A stretch of DNA of 53,485 bases, taken from contig JBJTBD010000054.1 of the NCBI GenBank assembly GCA_046091195.1, forward strand, positions 1 to 53,485, written 5' to 3'. The DNA comes from Actinomycetota bacterium. Its GTDB lineage: Bacteria > Actinomycetota > Actinomycetes > S36-B12. The notes under the pieces were generated by a model, which made no database searches, was not told the DNA's origin, and worked only from the letters and a program-made list of their open reading frames with translations. Shown here piece after piece: positions 17,174 to 27,515 of this stretch. The translations under genes and the position numbers were made by a program. Position 1 is the stretch's first letter. Each line of letters begins with the position of its first letter.

Positions 17174-17827
17174 ATGAGCACTCCGATCACCGCTCAGGCC
17201 TGGACGTTCGCGGACACGTGGGTCGAGGAAGGCGACGTCCTGCGTCGTGCACGTGATCGTTCCGAGGACCTCGGCGTCGAGCCGGTCTCCCCTGCCGCGG
17301 CCGCCACCCTCCGACTCCTCGCGGCGGCCATCTCTGCGCAGGCGATCGTCGAGGTGGGAACCGGAGCAGGAGTCTCGGGTGCAGCACTGCTCGCCGGGAT
17401 GACGCACGGTGGTGTGCTCACGAGCATCGACATCGAGGCGGAGGGGCAACGCGCAGCGCGCGAGACCTTCACCGACCTCGGCCACAGCCCTTCACGTTCG
17501 CGGCTCATCGCGGGCCGTGCCCTTGACGTGCTCCCGCGCATGTCCGATGGTGCCTACGACCTCGTGGTGGTCGACGGGGATCGCACCGAGTATCCGGCGA
17601 TCGTCACCCAGGCCAAGCGCCTGCTGCGGATCGGTGGACTGGTCGTGCTCTGCGGGATGCTCGGGCCCACCGGGATGGCGGACCCGTCGCAGCGAGACAT
17701 CGATACCACCGCACTGCGCGACGCCGCGGCCATGATCGAGAACGACGACGATTGGGTGCCCGCGTTGATGACGGTGGGGTCGGGGCTCCTCGTGGCGCTC
17801 CTGGCCCGACGATCCGAGGGCGTCTAG
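17174..17827 (+). CDS. O-methyltransferase (Rv1220c-like)
   Basis: VEVGTGAGVSG SAM motif, GRALDVLPRM.DG.YDLV; SD GGGGAG before ATG 17174. Confidence 0.88.
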   Translation: MSTPITAQAWTFADTWVEEGDVLRRARDRSEDLGVEPVSPAAAATLRLLAAAISAQAIVEVGTGAGVSGAALLAGMTHGGVLTSIDIEAEGQRAARETFTDLGHSPSRSRLIAGRALDVLPRMSDGAYDLVVVDGDRTEYPAIVTQAKRLLRIGGLVVLCGMLGPTGMADPSQRDIDTTALRDAAAMIENDDDWVPALMTVGSGLLVALLARRSEGV

Positions 17828-17994
17828 CCGGGAACGGCGGCGAGGAGGGCGTCACCGAGGTCCTTGACCTCGGTGGCATTGAGTTCGACCACGAGTCGGC
17901 CGCCACCCTCCAGGGGAACTCGCATGACGTAGCCGCGGCCCTCCTTGGTGACCTCGAGCGGACCATCGCCCGTTCTCGGCTTCATCGCGGCCAT
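17824..17994 (-). CDS. DUF3117 family protein
   Basis: MAAMKPRTGDGPLEVTKEGRG..MRVPLEGGGRLVVEL; SD AGGAAGG. Confidence 0.92.
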   Translation of the reverse strand: MAAMKPRTGDGPLEVTKEGRGYVMRVPLEGGGRLVVELNATEVKDLGDALLAAVPG

Positions 17995-18046
17995 GTGAAC
18001 CCCTTCCTGGCTGTCGGGCCCCGAGGGCCCCACAGCGAAGACGCCA

Positions 18047-18538
18047 TTATCCCTTGTGCGAAAGGGGCGCGCTCGGCAGGGTCCCGGTCTCCACGAGGCG
18101 GGCGAAGGCGCGCAGGGACTTCAGAACTCCGGCCCGGAAGGCCGGGCGCACGAGCGGCCAGCCGACGGCACCCAGCGCGCCGAGGGGGATGACCAGGTCC
18201 TCCGACCAGATAAATCGTGAACGCCGACCGGGAAGCGCCAGCACCTCCATGTACCCGGTGCCGCGCACCACCGAACCGGTGTGCAGGACGTCGACCCGGG
18301 CGGGCGGCTCCCACCGGGTGATGACCATGGTGTCCCAGAATCCGACCCGACCCACCCCCGTCCACGCGGAGAGTTCGGACCCGACGGAAACGCCATCGCC
18401 GCGTGTGACCGAGACCCGGGTCCCGAGCATCCAGCGCCCCTGCTCAGCCCACTGGGTCAGGGCAGCGAACACCGCCTCGGGTGGTGCAGCCACGACAACG
18501 TCGAGGCTCAGATGCGAGGTGTGCGGCTGGCGGGTCAT
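18047..18538 (-). CDS. SRPBCC family protein
   Basis: APPEAVF..LT.W..QG.WM, D.M.ITRWEPP, H.G.VVRG.G. Confidence 0.82.
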   Translation of the reverse strand: MTRQPHTSHLSLDVVVAAPPEAVFAALTQWAEQGRWMLGTRVSVTRGDGVSVGSELSAWTGVGRVGFWDTMVITRWEPPARVDVLHTGSVVRGTGYMEVLALPGRRSRFIWSEDLVIPLGALGAVGWPLVRPAFRAGVLKSLRAFARLVETGTLPSAPLSHKG

Positions 18539-18747
18539 CGCCCCTCCAGGTCCCGAACACGCGCCTGCAGGGCAGCGATCTCGGCGTCGACCTCGTCCAT
18601 CCGATAGCCACGCAGCACCACATCGAAGCCCTCGGGCCGCTGGTCACGGTCGGGTGGGGTGACGGCGTCGGACCACCGGGTGCGCGTCCACCACCAGAAG
18701 GCGGCGCCGATGACCGCGATGGCGAGCAGGACGAAGACGATCTGCAC
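18535..18747 (-). CDS. Small DivIVA-domain membrane protein
   Basis: N-terminal TM followed by FDVVLRGYRMDEVD. Confidence 0.8.
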   Translation of the reverse strand: MQIVFVLLAIAVIGAAFWWWTRTRWSDAVTPPDRDQRPEGFDVVLRGYRMDEVDAEIAALQARVRDLEGR

Positions 18748-18795
18748 CGGAGCATTAAACCGGGTTGGACACGGTCACGCAGGGCGGCTAGTCTT

Positions 18796-18813
18796 CTGTT
18801 GAACATTCAACTA
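18796..18813. promoter_or_regulatory. Palindromic operator CTGTTGAACATTCAACTA (RosR/MarR-like) upstream of yceI
   Basis: Perfect inverted repeat GTTGAA-CA-TTCAAC (18798-18811) just downstream of the -10-like TAGTCT (18789-18794). Confidence 0.7.
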
Positions 18814-18830
18814 CTTTGGAAGGAAGCACC

Positions 18831-19376
18831 ATGGCGGACCTCTCGGCAACGACCGGGACCTGGGTCATCGACCGGTCCCACACCACGATCGGCTTCACCG
18901 TTCGGCACGCGATGATCGCGAAGGTGCGCGGTGAGTTCGCGGACTTCTCCGGGTCCATGACCCTCGATGGTGCGAACCCAGCCAATAGCTCGGCGGAATT
19001 GGTCGCGCAGACCGCGAGCATCTCGACCGGTAACGCCGATCGCGACGGCCACCTCGTCTCCCCTGACTTCCTCGACGTGGCGAAGTTTCCGACGCTCACG
19101 TTCACCAGTACGAATGTGAAGGCGGACGGCGATGACTTCATCGTGACCGGTGACTTCACCATCCACGGGGTTACAAAGTCCATTCCGGTGGAGTTCGAAC
19201 TTGTCGGAATCAGCCAAGATCCGTTCGGCAACACCCGCATCGGTTTCGAGGGTGAGGCCACCATCAATCGCAAGGACTTCGGTCTGGTGTGGAACGCCGC
19301 GCTCGACACGGGTGGCGTTCTCGTCAGCGACGAGGTCACGATCACCCTGGACGTCGAGGCGATCAAGCAGGCGTAG
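18831..19376 (+). CDS. yceI: YceI family polyisoprenoid-binding protein
   Basis: W.IDRSHT.IGFTVRH, RDGHL.SPDF, INRKDFG..WN; SD GGAAGGA. Confidence 0.92.
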   Translation: MADLSATTGTWVIDRSHTTIGFTVRHAMIAKVRGEFADFSGSMTLDGANPANSSAELVAQTASISTGNADRDGHLVSPDFLDVAKFPTLTFTSTNVKADGDDFIVTGDFTIHGVTKSIPVEFELVGISQDPFGNTRIGFEGEATINRKDFGLVWNAALDTGGVLVSDEVTITLDVEAIKQA

Positions 19377-20445
19377 TCGCGAGCCAGGTGCGCAGGCGTT
19401 CCTCGCCCTCGCGCACCTGGCTCACCGGCACGCACTCGTCCGCGCGGTGCGCACGAGCGGGATCCCCAGCTCCGAAGTTGAGCGCCGGAATCCCCAGGGC
19501 AGCGAACCGTGCGACATCCGTCCACCCGTACTTCGGGTGCGGTGGCACACCCATCGCGGCGACGAAGCCAGCGATCACCGGATCATCGAGCCCGGGCCGG
19601 GCACCCGGCGCGGAATCCACGACCTCGAGCACGGCATCGGCGAGGCCAGCCTCGGCGAGAAAAGACCTCACGACGTCCTGGGCTTCGCCTTCCGAGCGAT
19701 GCGGAGCGAATCGGTAGTTGAGAGTCACGACGCAGGAATCCGGGATCACGTTTCCCGCAACTCCCCCGCGGATTCCCACGGCGTTGAGACCCTCGCGATA
19801 GGTCAACCCGTCGACGATCGGCTGCTCGGGCTCGAAGGAGTCCAGTGCGCCCAGGAGCCGATGCGTGCTGTGAATCGCGTTACTCCCCATCCACGAACGC
19901 GCACTGTGGGCGCGCTGACCTGCGATGGTCACCTCGACCCGCATCGTGCCCTGGCACCCCGCCTCGATTCCACCGTTGCTGGGCTCCATGAGGATCGCGA
20001 CATCACATGCCAGCAGCTCTGGTCGCTCACGCACGACGCGGAGCAATCCATTGCGTTCGGCCTCCACCTCTTCGCACTCGTAGAACACGTAGGTCACGTC
20101 GTAGCCGGGCTCGGTGATATCGATCGCCGCTCGGAGCGCGATCGCAACATTGGCCTTCATGTCCACAGAGCCCAGGCCGTGCAGGAATCCACCATCGACA
20201 CGACCCTGCGCATTGCCGTGTGCAGGCACGGTGTCGAGATGGCCACCGATCACCACGCGTCGTGGCTGTGAGCGATGTGTGCGGGCGATCACGGTGTTTC
20301 CGATGCGGTCGACAGCGAGGTGCGGCGCCATGCGCAATGTGGCTTCGACGGCGTCGGCGATCACCTGTTCGTCGCCGGAGACGCTTGGAATGTCGATCAA
20401 TTGACGGGCGAGATCGATCACGTCACCGCTGGTATCGAGCCCCAC
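19363..20445 (-). CDS. dapE: Succinyl-diaminopimelate desuccinylase
   Basis: [38 protein letters not shown]. Confidence 0.93.
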   Translation of the reverse strand: MGLDTSGDVIDLARQLIDIPSVSGDEQVIADAVEATLRMAPHLAVDRIGNTVIARTHRSQPRRVVIGGHLDTVPAHGNAQGRVDGGFLHGLGSVDMKANVAIALRAAIDITEPGYDVTYVFYECEEVEAERNGLLRVVRERPELLACDVAILMEPSNGGIEAGCQGTMRVEVTIAGQRAHSARSWMGSNAIHSTHRLLGALDSFEPEQPIVDGLTYREGLNAVGIRGGVAGNVIPDSCVVTLNYRFAPHRSEGEAQDVVRSFLAEAGLADAVLEVVDSAPGARPGLDDPVIAGFVAAMGVPPHPKYGWTDVARFAALGIPALNFGAGDPARAHRADECVPVSQVREGEERLRTWLATTPA

Positions 20446-20462
20446 ATCGCTACGGTAGTGCG
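20446..20462. promoter_or_regulatory. Overlapping bidirectional -10 elements for leaderless dapE and dapD
   Basis: 17-bp intergenic ATCGCTACGGTAGTGCG: TACGGT-N6-ATG on the + strand and TACCGT-N6-GTG on the - strand. Confidence 0.7.
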
Positions 20463-21380
20463 ATGCGCTCGGCATCCGGCCTGGGACTGGCCACCCTGTT
20501 CGAAGGCGTGGTCCTCGATGTCTGGTACCCGGCGCCGACCCTGGGCGTGACTCCGGAGGACGTACCGGGTCTCGAATCGGGCATCGCCCATGACGAGTTG
20601 CGTGGGGTGGAAGTCCAGACACTGCGCACCGTGATCGAGGACCTCGACTTGGCACCGGAGAGCACCGCGGATGCGTACCTGCGGTTGCACCTGCTCTCCG
20701 CGCGCCTGGCTGCGCCCCGCAGCATCAACCTTGATGGGATCTTCGGGCTCCTTCCCCTCGTCGCGTGGACGAACCTCGGACCGGTTGCGGTCGAGCGCAT
20801 CGCCCACGTGCGCCTGCGGGCTCGCTCCCGGGGTATCCACCTGATCGTCTTCGGCCTCGATCGCTTCCCCAGGATGATCGACTACGTCGTGCCCAGCGGG
20901 GTGCGGATCGCGGATGCGGATCGTGTGCGGCTCGGCGCCCACCTCGCGGAAGGGACCGTCGTGATGCACGAGGGATTCGTGAACTTCAACGCCGGAACCC
21001 TCGGGACGTCGATGGTCGAGGGGCGCATCTCCGCCGGAGTCGTGGTGGGCAATGGCTCGGACATCGGCGGCGGGGCCTCGATCATGGGCACTCTCTCCGG
21101 CGGAGGCACCGAGGTGATCAGCATCGGAGGTGGCTGCCTCATCGGCGCGAACGCCGGGGTGGGAATCTCCCTGGGGGACGACTGCATCGTCGAGGCGGGC
21201 CTGTATGTCACCGCCGGTTCGAAGGTGCTCCTGCCGGATGGCACCACCGTCAAGGCGCGCGACGTGTCCGGGGCGAGCGGGCTCCTCTTCCGACGCAACT
21301 CCAGCACCGGGGCGAGTGAGGTGTCACCGCGGTCGGGTCAGTGGCAGGGCTTGAACCCGTCGCTGCACGCGACCGACTGA
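20463..21380 (+). CDS. dapD: Tetrahydrodipicolinate N-succinyltransferase
   Basis: [40 protein letters not shown], hexapeptide repeats. Confidence 0.93.
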   Translation: MRSASGLGLATLFEGVVLDVWYPAPTLGVTPEDVPGLESGIAHDELRGVEVQTLRTVIEDLDLAPESTADAYLRLHLLSARLAAPRSINLDGIFGLLPLVAWTNLGPVAVERIAHVRLRARSRGIHLIVFGLDRFPRMIDYVVPSGVRIADADRVRLGAHLAEGTVVMHEGFVNFNAGTLGTSMVEGRISAGVVVGNGSDIGGGASIMGTLSGGGTEVISIGGGCLIGANAGVGISLGDDCIVEAGLYVTAGSKVLLPDGTTVKARDVSGASGLLFRRNSSTGASEVSPRSGQWQGLNPSLHATD

Positions 21381-22664
21381 TCAGCGGTCACCGAGCGGGG
21401 TGTAGTCCCGCAGCACCTCGCCCACGTACACCTGGCGCGGCCGACCGATCTTGGTCGTGGGGTCGTTGATCATCTCGTTCCACTGGGCGATCCAGCCTGG
21501 CAGACGCCCGAGTGCGAACATCACCGTGAACATGCGGGTGGGGAATCCCATCGCCTTGTAGATGAGGCCGGTGTAGAAGTCCACATTCGGGTAGAGCTTG
21601 CGCCCGATGAAGAAGTCGTCGGCGAGGGCGACCTCCTCCAGCCTCAACGCGATCTCGAGGAGAGGATCGTCGACCTTCATTTGGTCGAACACCTCGTAGG
21701 CAGTCTTCTTCACAATGGCGGCCCGAGGGTCGTAGTTCTTGTACACGCGATGACCGAAACCCATCAGGCGGATTCCATCCTCACGGTTCTTCACCCGTCG
21801 GATGAATCCTTCGACCCCCTCGTCGGATGCGTGGATCTCCGCCAGCATCTCGAGAACTGCCTGGTTGGCACCCCCGTGCAGGGGGCCGAAGAGGGCGTTG
21901 ATCCCGGCCGAGACCGAGGCAAACAGATTCGCGTGCGACGACCCCACCATGCGCACCGTCGAGGTTGAACAGTTCTGCTCATGATCGGCATGGAGTATGA
22001 AGAGTTGATCGAGTGCGCGCACCACGATGGGATCAGGGATGTACTCCTCCGCGGGCACACCGAAGGTCATGCGCAGGAAGTTCGCGATGAAGCCGAGGTT
22101 GTTGTCCGGGTAGAGATAGGGCTGACCCACGGACTTCTTGTAGGCGTAGGCCGCGATGGTGGGCACCTTCGCGAGAAGGCGAATCATCGAGATGTGCACT
22201 TGGCGGGGGTCGAAGGGTTCGAGTGAGTCCTGATAGAAGGTCGAGAGGGCCGACACCGCCGAGGACAGGACGGGCATGGGATGTGCGTCGCGCGGGAAAC
22301 CGTCGAAGAACATGCGCAGTTCCTCATGCAACATCGTGTGCTTCGTGATCGAGGACTCGAACTCGGCCAACTCCTGCACTGTGGGCAAATTGCCGTAGTT
22401 CAGGAGGTAGGCAACCTCGAGAAACGTGGACTTCTCGGCCAATTGCTCGATCGGGTACCCGCGGTACCGGAGGATTCCGGCGTCACCATCGATGTACGTG
22501 ATCGCGGATGAACACGCCGCCGTGTTCAAGAATCCATGATCGAGGGTGACGTGACCGGTGTCCTTGAGCAGCGGTGAGATATCGATGCCGCGCTCACCCA
22601 CCGTCGCCGGGATCTCCGTCAGAGGCAACTCGCCCCCGGGGTAGTTCAGTATGGAGTCGCTCAC
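21381..22664 (-). CDS. gltA: Citrate synthase (type II)
   Basis: HADHEQNCSTS, GPLHGGAN, GFGHRVYK, YPNVDFY. Confidence 0.95.
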   Translation of the reverse strand: MSDSILNYPGGELPLTEIPATVGERGIDISPLLKDTGHVTLDHGFLNTAACSSAITYIDGDAGILRYRGYPIEQLAEKSTFLEVAYLLNYGNLPTVQELAEFESSITKHTMLHEELRMFFDGFPRDAHPMPVLSSAVSALSTFYQDSLEPFDPRQVHISMIRLLAKVPTIAAYAYKKSVGQPYLYPDNNLGFIANFLRMTFGVPAEEYIPDPIVVRALDQLFILHADHEQNCSTSTVRMVGSSHANLFASVSAGINALFGPLHGGANQAVLEMLAEIHASDEGVEGFIRRVKNREDGIRLMGFGHRVYKNYDPRAAIVKKTAYEVFDQMKVDDPLLEIALRLEEVALADDFFIGRKLYPNVDFYTGLIYKAMGFPTRMFTVMFALGRLPGWIAQWNEMINDPTTKIGRPRQVYVGEVLRDYTPLGDR

Positions 22665-22735
22665 GCACTCCTCCTACGCCGAGCGTACCCACGCGTCACG
22701 CAGCAGAGGGGGGTAGCCCCGGTCCGTGACCGGGC

Positions 22736-23809
22736 TCACACCGCGAGACGTTCCACGGCCGAGTCCACAGCCGTGTCCGTTGCGGTGAGTGCAACCCGCA
22801 CATGGTGCGCGCCACGAGGCCCGTAGAAGTCTCCCGGCGTCACCAGGATGCCCCGTGTGGCGAACCAATCCACGACATCCCAACAGGATTCATCACGTGT
22901 TATCCAGAGATACAACCCCGCGTCACTGTGTTCGATGGTGAAACCGGCGGATTCGACCGCCGCGTGCAACTGGGCACGCCTCCGGGCGTAGCGGGTGCGC
23001 TGGAGTTCGACATGAGCGTCGTCCGAGTAGGCCGCCGCCGCCGCGTGCTGCACGGGTCCCGGGACCATCTCGCCGAGGTGCTTGCGACGCTCCAGGAGGT
23101 CGCCGACGATGCGTGGGTCGCCCGCCAGGAAACCGAATCGGTAACCGGCCATGGTGGATCGCTTCGACAGGGAGTGCACGGCCACGATTCCCGTCAGGTC
23201 TCCCCCGTTCACATCCGGGTGCAGCACCGATATCGGCTGCGCGGACCATCCCAACTCGACGTAGCACTCGTCACTCAGGACTGGAATGCCGAGTCCGCGC
23301 GCATAGGTGACGATCTCGGCCAGACGCTGCGCGGAGAGGACCCGACCGGTGGGATTCGACGGCGAATTCACCCAGATGGCGCTCGCGTGGCCGATGTCCT
23401 CGGGTCGATCGCTGGCGATGTATTCCAGGCCGGCCGCAACGGCGCCGACGGCGTAGGTGGGATACGCGATCTCGGGGATGACGACGGGGCCGGTCAATCC
23501 CAGGACCCAGGGCAGCGTCGCGATCGCCTCCTTGGATCCGATCGTCGGCAGTAGTGCCGCCCCGGACACTCCGCCGAGTCGTCGATCGATCCAGCCGCGG
23601 ATCGCTGCGTGGAGTTCCGGCGTTCCCACCGTGGTGGGATACCCGGGCGCATTCGCGTGCGCGATCAATGCGTCCGTGATGACCGACGGAGTGGGATCGA
23701 CAGGTGTCCCCACCGAGAGATCGACAACGCCACCGGGATAGGCGGCTGCGCGTTCACGCGCAGGCGCGAGGGTGTCCCAGGGAAAATCTGGGAGCCGCGC
23801 CCAAGTCAA
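22736..23809 (-). CDS. dapC: Succinyldiaminopimelate transaminase
   Basis: LPDFPWD, DLSVGTPVD, NSPSNPTG, SDECY, SLSKRS; follows fdxA. Confidence 0.92.
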   Translation of the reverse strand: MTWARLPDFPWDTLAPARERAAAYPGGVVDLSVGTPVDPTPSVITDALIAHANAPGYPTTVGTPELHAAIRGWIDRRLGGVSGAALLPTIGSKEAIATLPWVLGLTGPVVIPEIAYPTYAVGAVAAGLEYIASDRPEDIGHASAIWVNSPSNPTGRVLSAQRLAEIVTYARGLGIPVLSDECYVELGWSAQPISVLHPDVNGGDLTGIVAVHSLSKRSTMAGYRFGFLAGDPRIVGDLLERRKHLGEMVPGPVQHAAAAAYSDDAHVELQRTRYARRRAQLHAAVESAGFTIEHSDAGLYLWITRDESCWDVVDWFATRGILVTPGDFYGPRGAHHVRVALTATDTAVDSAVERLAV

Positions 23810-23811
23810 GG

Positions 23812-24138
23812 TCAGTGATCGTGCTGTTGCGGCGGCACGTTCGCGAGGATGCCAGCGTCAATCGACTGCGGCCCCAATTTGGCCGCACCCCCCGGTGAAC
23901 CGAGGTCGGCGAAGAACTCCGCGTTCGCTGCGGTGTAGTCAGACCACTCGTCCGGAACATCGTCCTCGTAGAAGATCGCCTCGACCGGGCACACCGGCTC
24001 GCATGCACCGCAGTCCACGCACTCATCGGGCTGGATGTAGAGCATCCGGTCACCCTCGTAGATGCAGTCGACCGGACATTCCTCGATACACGCCCTGTCC
24101 TTGAGATCCACACACGGGAATGTGATGACGTACGTCAT
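23812..24138 (-). CDS. fdxA: 7Fe ferredoxin
   Basis: MTYVI..PCVD.KD.AC.EECPVDCIY...ECVDCGACEPVCP. Confidence 0.95.
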   Translation of the reverse strand: MTYVITFPCVDLKDRACIEECPVDCIYEGDRMLYIQPDECVDCGACEPVCPVEAIFYEDDVPDEWSDYTAANAEFFADLGSPGGAAKLGPQSIDAGILANVPPQQHDH

Positions 24139-24230
24139 CGCGAGCCTCCGAAAGTCCCAACCAAGGCAGGTCCGCCCTGCGGCTCTCACCGTACACGGCG
24201 GGTGCGCCGTGGGCCGCTTAGGCTGACCTG

Positions 24231-25640
24231 GTGCGCCTGTACGACACCGTTGCGCGCGCCGCCGTGACAATCGAGCCGATCACCCCCGGGGTGCTGCGCG
24301 TCTACGCCTGCGGACCCACGGTCTATCGCGATGCCCATGTGGGGAACATGCGCACCTTCCTCGTGACGGACCTGATCACCCGCGTGGCGCAGGACGAGGG
24401 TGTGCGCACCCAGGTCGTCCAGAACATCACCGACGTCGGGCACATGGCCGACGACATCGGCCTCGGCGGTGTGGACGAAGGGCAGGGTGGCGCGGAGGAT
24501 CGAGTCGTCCGCGAGGCCGAGACCACCGGCTCCTCCGCCTACGACGTGGCACGACGCTACGAAGCCGCGTTCCACCGGCACCTGTCGGCACTCAATATCC
24601 ACCCTGCCGACGAGTACCCCCGTGCGAGCGACTGGATCGAAGCAATGATCGAACTCATCGGTCAATTGATCGCTTCCGGTCACGCCTACGTCGGTGACGA
24701 CGGTTCGGTGTATTTCGACGTCCGATCGGTCCCCGACTACGGACGCATCAGTGGCAACCGGATCGAGGACCTGCGCGCTGGCCATAAGTTCGACGCCGAC
24801 GCACCGACGGCCAAGCGCTTCCACGCGGACTGGGCTCTCTGGAAGCACGCCGGTGACACTCGGACACAGATGGTCTGGGAGACCCCCTGGGGCCGCGGAT
24901 TCCCGGGCTGGCACATCGAGTGCAGCGCGATGAGTGTGCGTCTGCTGGGACCGCGCATCGACATCCATACCGGTGGCATCGACCTCCGATTCCCGCACCA
25001 CGAGGACGAACGTGCGCAGAGCAACGCATCCGTGGGCCATGAGGTCGTCAACACCTGGGTGCACGCCGAGCACCTTCTCTTCGACGGCCGCAAGATGAGT
25101 AAGTCCGCCGGGAATGTGGTGCTCGTGGACGACGTCGTCGAGAGGGGCATCGATCCGCTCGCGCTCCGGTTGGCGTTCCTCCAGCACCGGTACCGCCAGC
25201 AGATGAACCTGACCTGGTCCGTCATCGAGGGGGCAGCTACCACGCTGTCGCGCTGGCGCGTGCGCGTAGCGGAGTGGGCCACTTCACCCTCGCGACCGAT
25301 CCCCGATGCATGGCGCGACGAGTTCGGCTCGGCAGTGGCCGATGATCTCGATACGCCGCGGGCGCTCCAGGTGCTCCATCAGGTGGAACGCGACCCGGAA
25401 GACGCGGGGGCGAAGTTCGAGTTCTTCGTGTGGGCGGATCGGATCTTGGGCCTCGATATGGCCCGCGATGTGGGACGCACACGTGAGGTGCCCGAGGAAA
25501 TCCTGGACCTTCTCGAGGACCGTGCGCGTGCGCGCGCCGCCAAGGACTGGACGGAGTCGGATGCGCTCCGTATCCGGATCCTCGAACTCGGATACCAGGT
25601 GACCGATGGCCCCGAGGGTCAGACGGTGCAGCCGCGCTAG
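24231..25640 (+). CDS. cysS: Cysteine--tRNA ligase
   Basis: CGPTVY..AHVGN, PGWHIECS, GG.DL.FPHHE.E, KMSKS, and a C-terminal anticodon-binding helix R..AR..KDW..SD.LR. Confidence 0.88.
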   Translation: MRLYDTVARAAVTIEPITPGVLRVYACGPTVYRDAHVGNMRTFLVTDLITRVAQDEGVRTQVVQNITDVGHMADDIGLGGVDEGQGGAEDRVVREAETTGSSAYDVARRYEAAFHRHLSALNIHPADEYPRASDWIEAMIELIGQLIASGHAYVGDDGSVYFDVRSVPDYGRISGNRIEDLRAGHKFDADAPTAKRFHADWALWKHAGDTRTQMVWETPWGRGFPGWHIECSAMSVRLLGPRIDIHTGGIDLRFPHHEDERAQSNASVGHEVVNTWVHAEHLLFDGRKMSKSAGNVVLVDDVVERGIDPLALRLAFLQHRYRQQMNLTWSVIEGAATTLSRWRVRVAEWATSPSRPIPDAWRDEFGSAVADDLDTPRALQVLHQVERDPEDAGAKFEFFVWADRILGLDMARDVGRTREVPEEILDLLEDRARARAAKDWTESDALRIRILELGYQVTDGPEGQTVQPR

Positions 25641-27454
25641 GCAGCCGGAGTGTTCACGAATTCATTCCCCGGAAGGGGTGGGGCGCCCGGGGTTGTCGGT
25701 GTTCCCGGTGGGAACTCGTCCAGCGGTAACTCGTCGTCGTCCTTCCCCTTCTTCACGCCGCACTTAACCTCGGGGGCCGGCCGATAGGAGGTGGTGAAGG
25801 TTTCCCGCTTCACCTCGGCGCTGTCCTTGTAGAAGACGCGATCCACATTGATGTTGAAGCCATTGATGCCGGCCTGCTCCATGCAGCCTTCCTTGACCTT
25901 CTTCTTCTTCTCGATGAGTCCGAAGGGGCGAATGTTGGTCTTGGGTCCGAATTCCGCGGCGATTTCGTCATACTCGCGCGTCCCCCAGAACGTGACCCGG
26001 AGTGACGTGTTCGTAATCTTCGTCGTGATGAAGACCGCATTGGCTGTGGTGTTGCGGAACTGCATGTCGAAGAGACCCCAGGCGACCGTCGCCTCCAGAC
26101 CCGGCTGATAGCGACTGATGTAGATGGAGTGTGCACGCGTACTCACCTGCTCCATGCCCGCGAAGAACGCGGCAGTCCACACGGCGGTCGCCGATGCCGA
26201 GACACCTCCGCCCTGTTGCTCCTCGAACACGCCACCGGGGCCGATGACGATTCCCCGGGTGTAGCCGTTTTCGGGTGTGCGCTCCTTGATGACCTCGTTC
26301 ATCGAGAAGACTTCCCCGGGCATCAACAGTGTCCCGTTTATGTACTCGGCCGCTTGCCCGATGTTCTGAACGCGGTACGCGGCGTAGGGGAAGTTCTGGG
26401 TGAATGTCGAGAGCTTCTCCGTGACCCCGAGTGCCTTGGCCTCATCCGTGGTCAGTTCCGGTTCGCGAACGCCGAAGGACACGGTGACGTTCCGAGCATC
26501 CCCGGATGCCCCGAGGACTCCCGCCACCGCGGTCGCCAACTCCTCGTCCTCGATACCCCTCCCCACCAGGGAGGGGACCACCACGGGAACGCCCTTGGTG
26601 ATCTGGAAGGTGGCGTCACGACCCGGGGTCTCCACCTCGGATAGTTGATCGGCAATCGACTCATGGAGCACGGCCCCGTCGACGCGCGGAACCAACTCAC
26701 CGTCCTCGCGGACGAAACTCAAGCCCTTGACGATCGCGGAGGGCGGGATGGTCGCCGTGACTCCCCCGGCCTCAACAGTCACCGGCTCCGCGATCGCCGC
26801 CTTCGCGAGCGCGCGAGCGCGCTGAGCAGCCTCGTCGGTGACGGCCGGTGAGACGGTGAGCAGCGGCAGGGTGAGCGACTCGCGCGGTTCCAGGAGCCGA
26901 TCAACCACGAGATCTCGGGTCGCCTGCTGGTCGAGTTCGACACCCGGGACTCCCGGCGTCAGAGTCGCCTTGCCTCCCGAAACGCTGAGCGTGGGCTCGA
27001 CCGGCGTCGTATCGATCGTCTGCGCAAGTCGAGCGATCTCCAGATCGAGGACAGCGTCATCGATGGCCACCACAGGGGTGAGTTCCGCGGTCCCGAATCT
27101 GTTCTGCAGGGCGATGGTGGGGTTCCAGCTCCGGCCGATGGCCTGATCCACGGTCGCAGGAAGCCGCAGCCGGATGCCCAACTCCTTGGGGCTCAACCGG
27201 AATTGTTCCTCCCCAGCCACCAGGGTGAAGTGCTTGCGCGCATCCGCGCCGACCCGGCGCTGAAGCGTCTCGATCGCTGCCTCGCGGGTCATGCCCCCGA
27301 TGGCGATGCCCGAGACCGTTGTCCCGGGATGGACACCCGTGCCCGTGGAGAGAACCAGCCAGAGATACGCGCCCGCGATGACCGCCGCAGCCACGGCGCA
27401 CGCGATCAGGGTGTACCGGGCTGCCGCGGGCATACCTGCCCGATGCTCTGACAA
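25637..27454 (-). CDS. VanW family protein with PG-binding repeats
   Basis: N-terminal TM; PGEVFSMN, GGGVS, HS.YISRY.PG.EATV, F.N.T. Confidence 0.88.
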   Translation of the reverse strand: MSEHRAGMPAAARYTLIACAVAAAVIAGAYLWLVLSTGTGVHPGTTVSGIAIGGMTREAAIETLQRRVGADARKHFTLVAGEEQFRLSPKELGIRLRLPATVDQAIGRSWNPTIALQNRFGTAELTPVVAIDDAVLDLEIARLAQTIDTTPVEPTLSVSGGKATLTPGVPGVELDQQATRDLVVDRLLEPRESLTLPLLTVSPAVTDEAAQRARALAKAAIAEPVTVEAGGVTATIPPSAIVKGLSFVREDGELVPRVDGAVLHESIADQLSEVETPGRDATFQITKGVPVVVPSLVGRGIEDEELATAVAGVLGASGDARNVTVSFGVREPELTTDEAKALGVTEKLSTFTQNFPYAAYRVQNIGQAAEYINGTLLMPGEVFSMNEVIKERTPENGYTRGIVIGPGGVFEEQQGGGVSASATAVWTAAFFAGMEQVSTRAHSIYISRYQPGLEATVAWGLFDMQFRNTTANAVFITTKITNTSLRVTFWGTREYDEIAAEFGPKTNIRPFGLIEKKKKVKEGCMEQAGINGFNINVDRVFYKDSAEVKRETFTTSYRPAPEVKCGVKKGKDDDELPLDEFPPGTPTTPGAPPLPGNEFVNTPAA

Positions 27455-27515
27455 CCCCCGACCTCCTGACTGGCGCGACCCACTGATGGTAAGCGCTGGC
27501 CGCCTGATCCCTGCG

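Noticed and set aside
24231-25640. mshC
   Set aside because: The motifs and the C-terminal anticodon-binding region match CysRS, not MshC.
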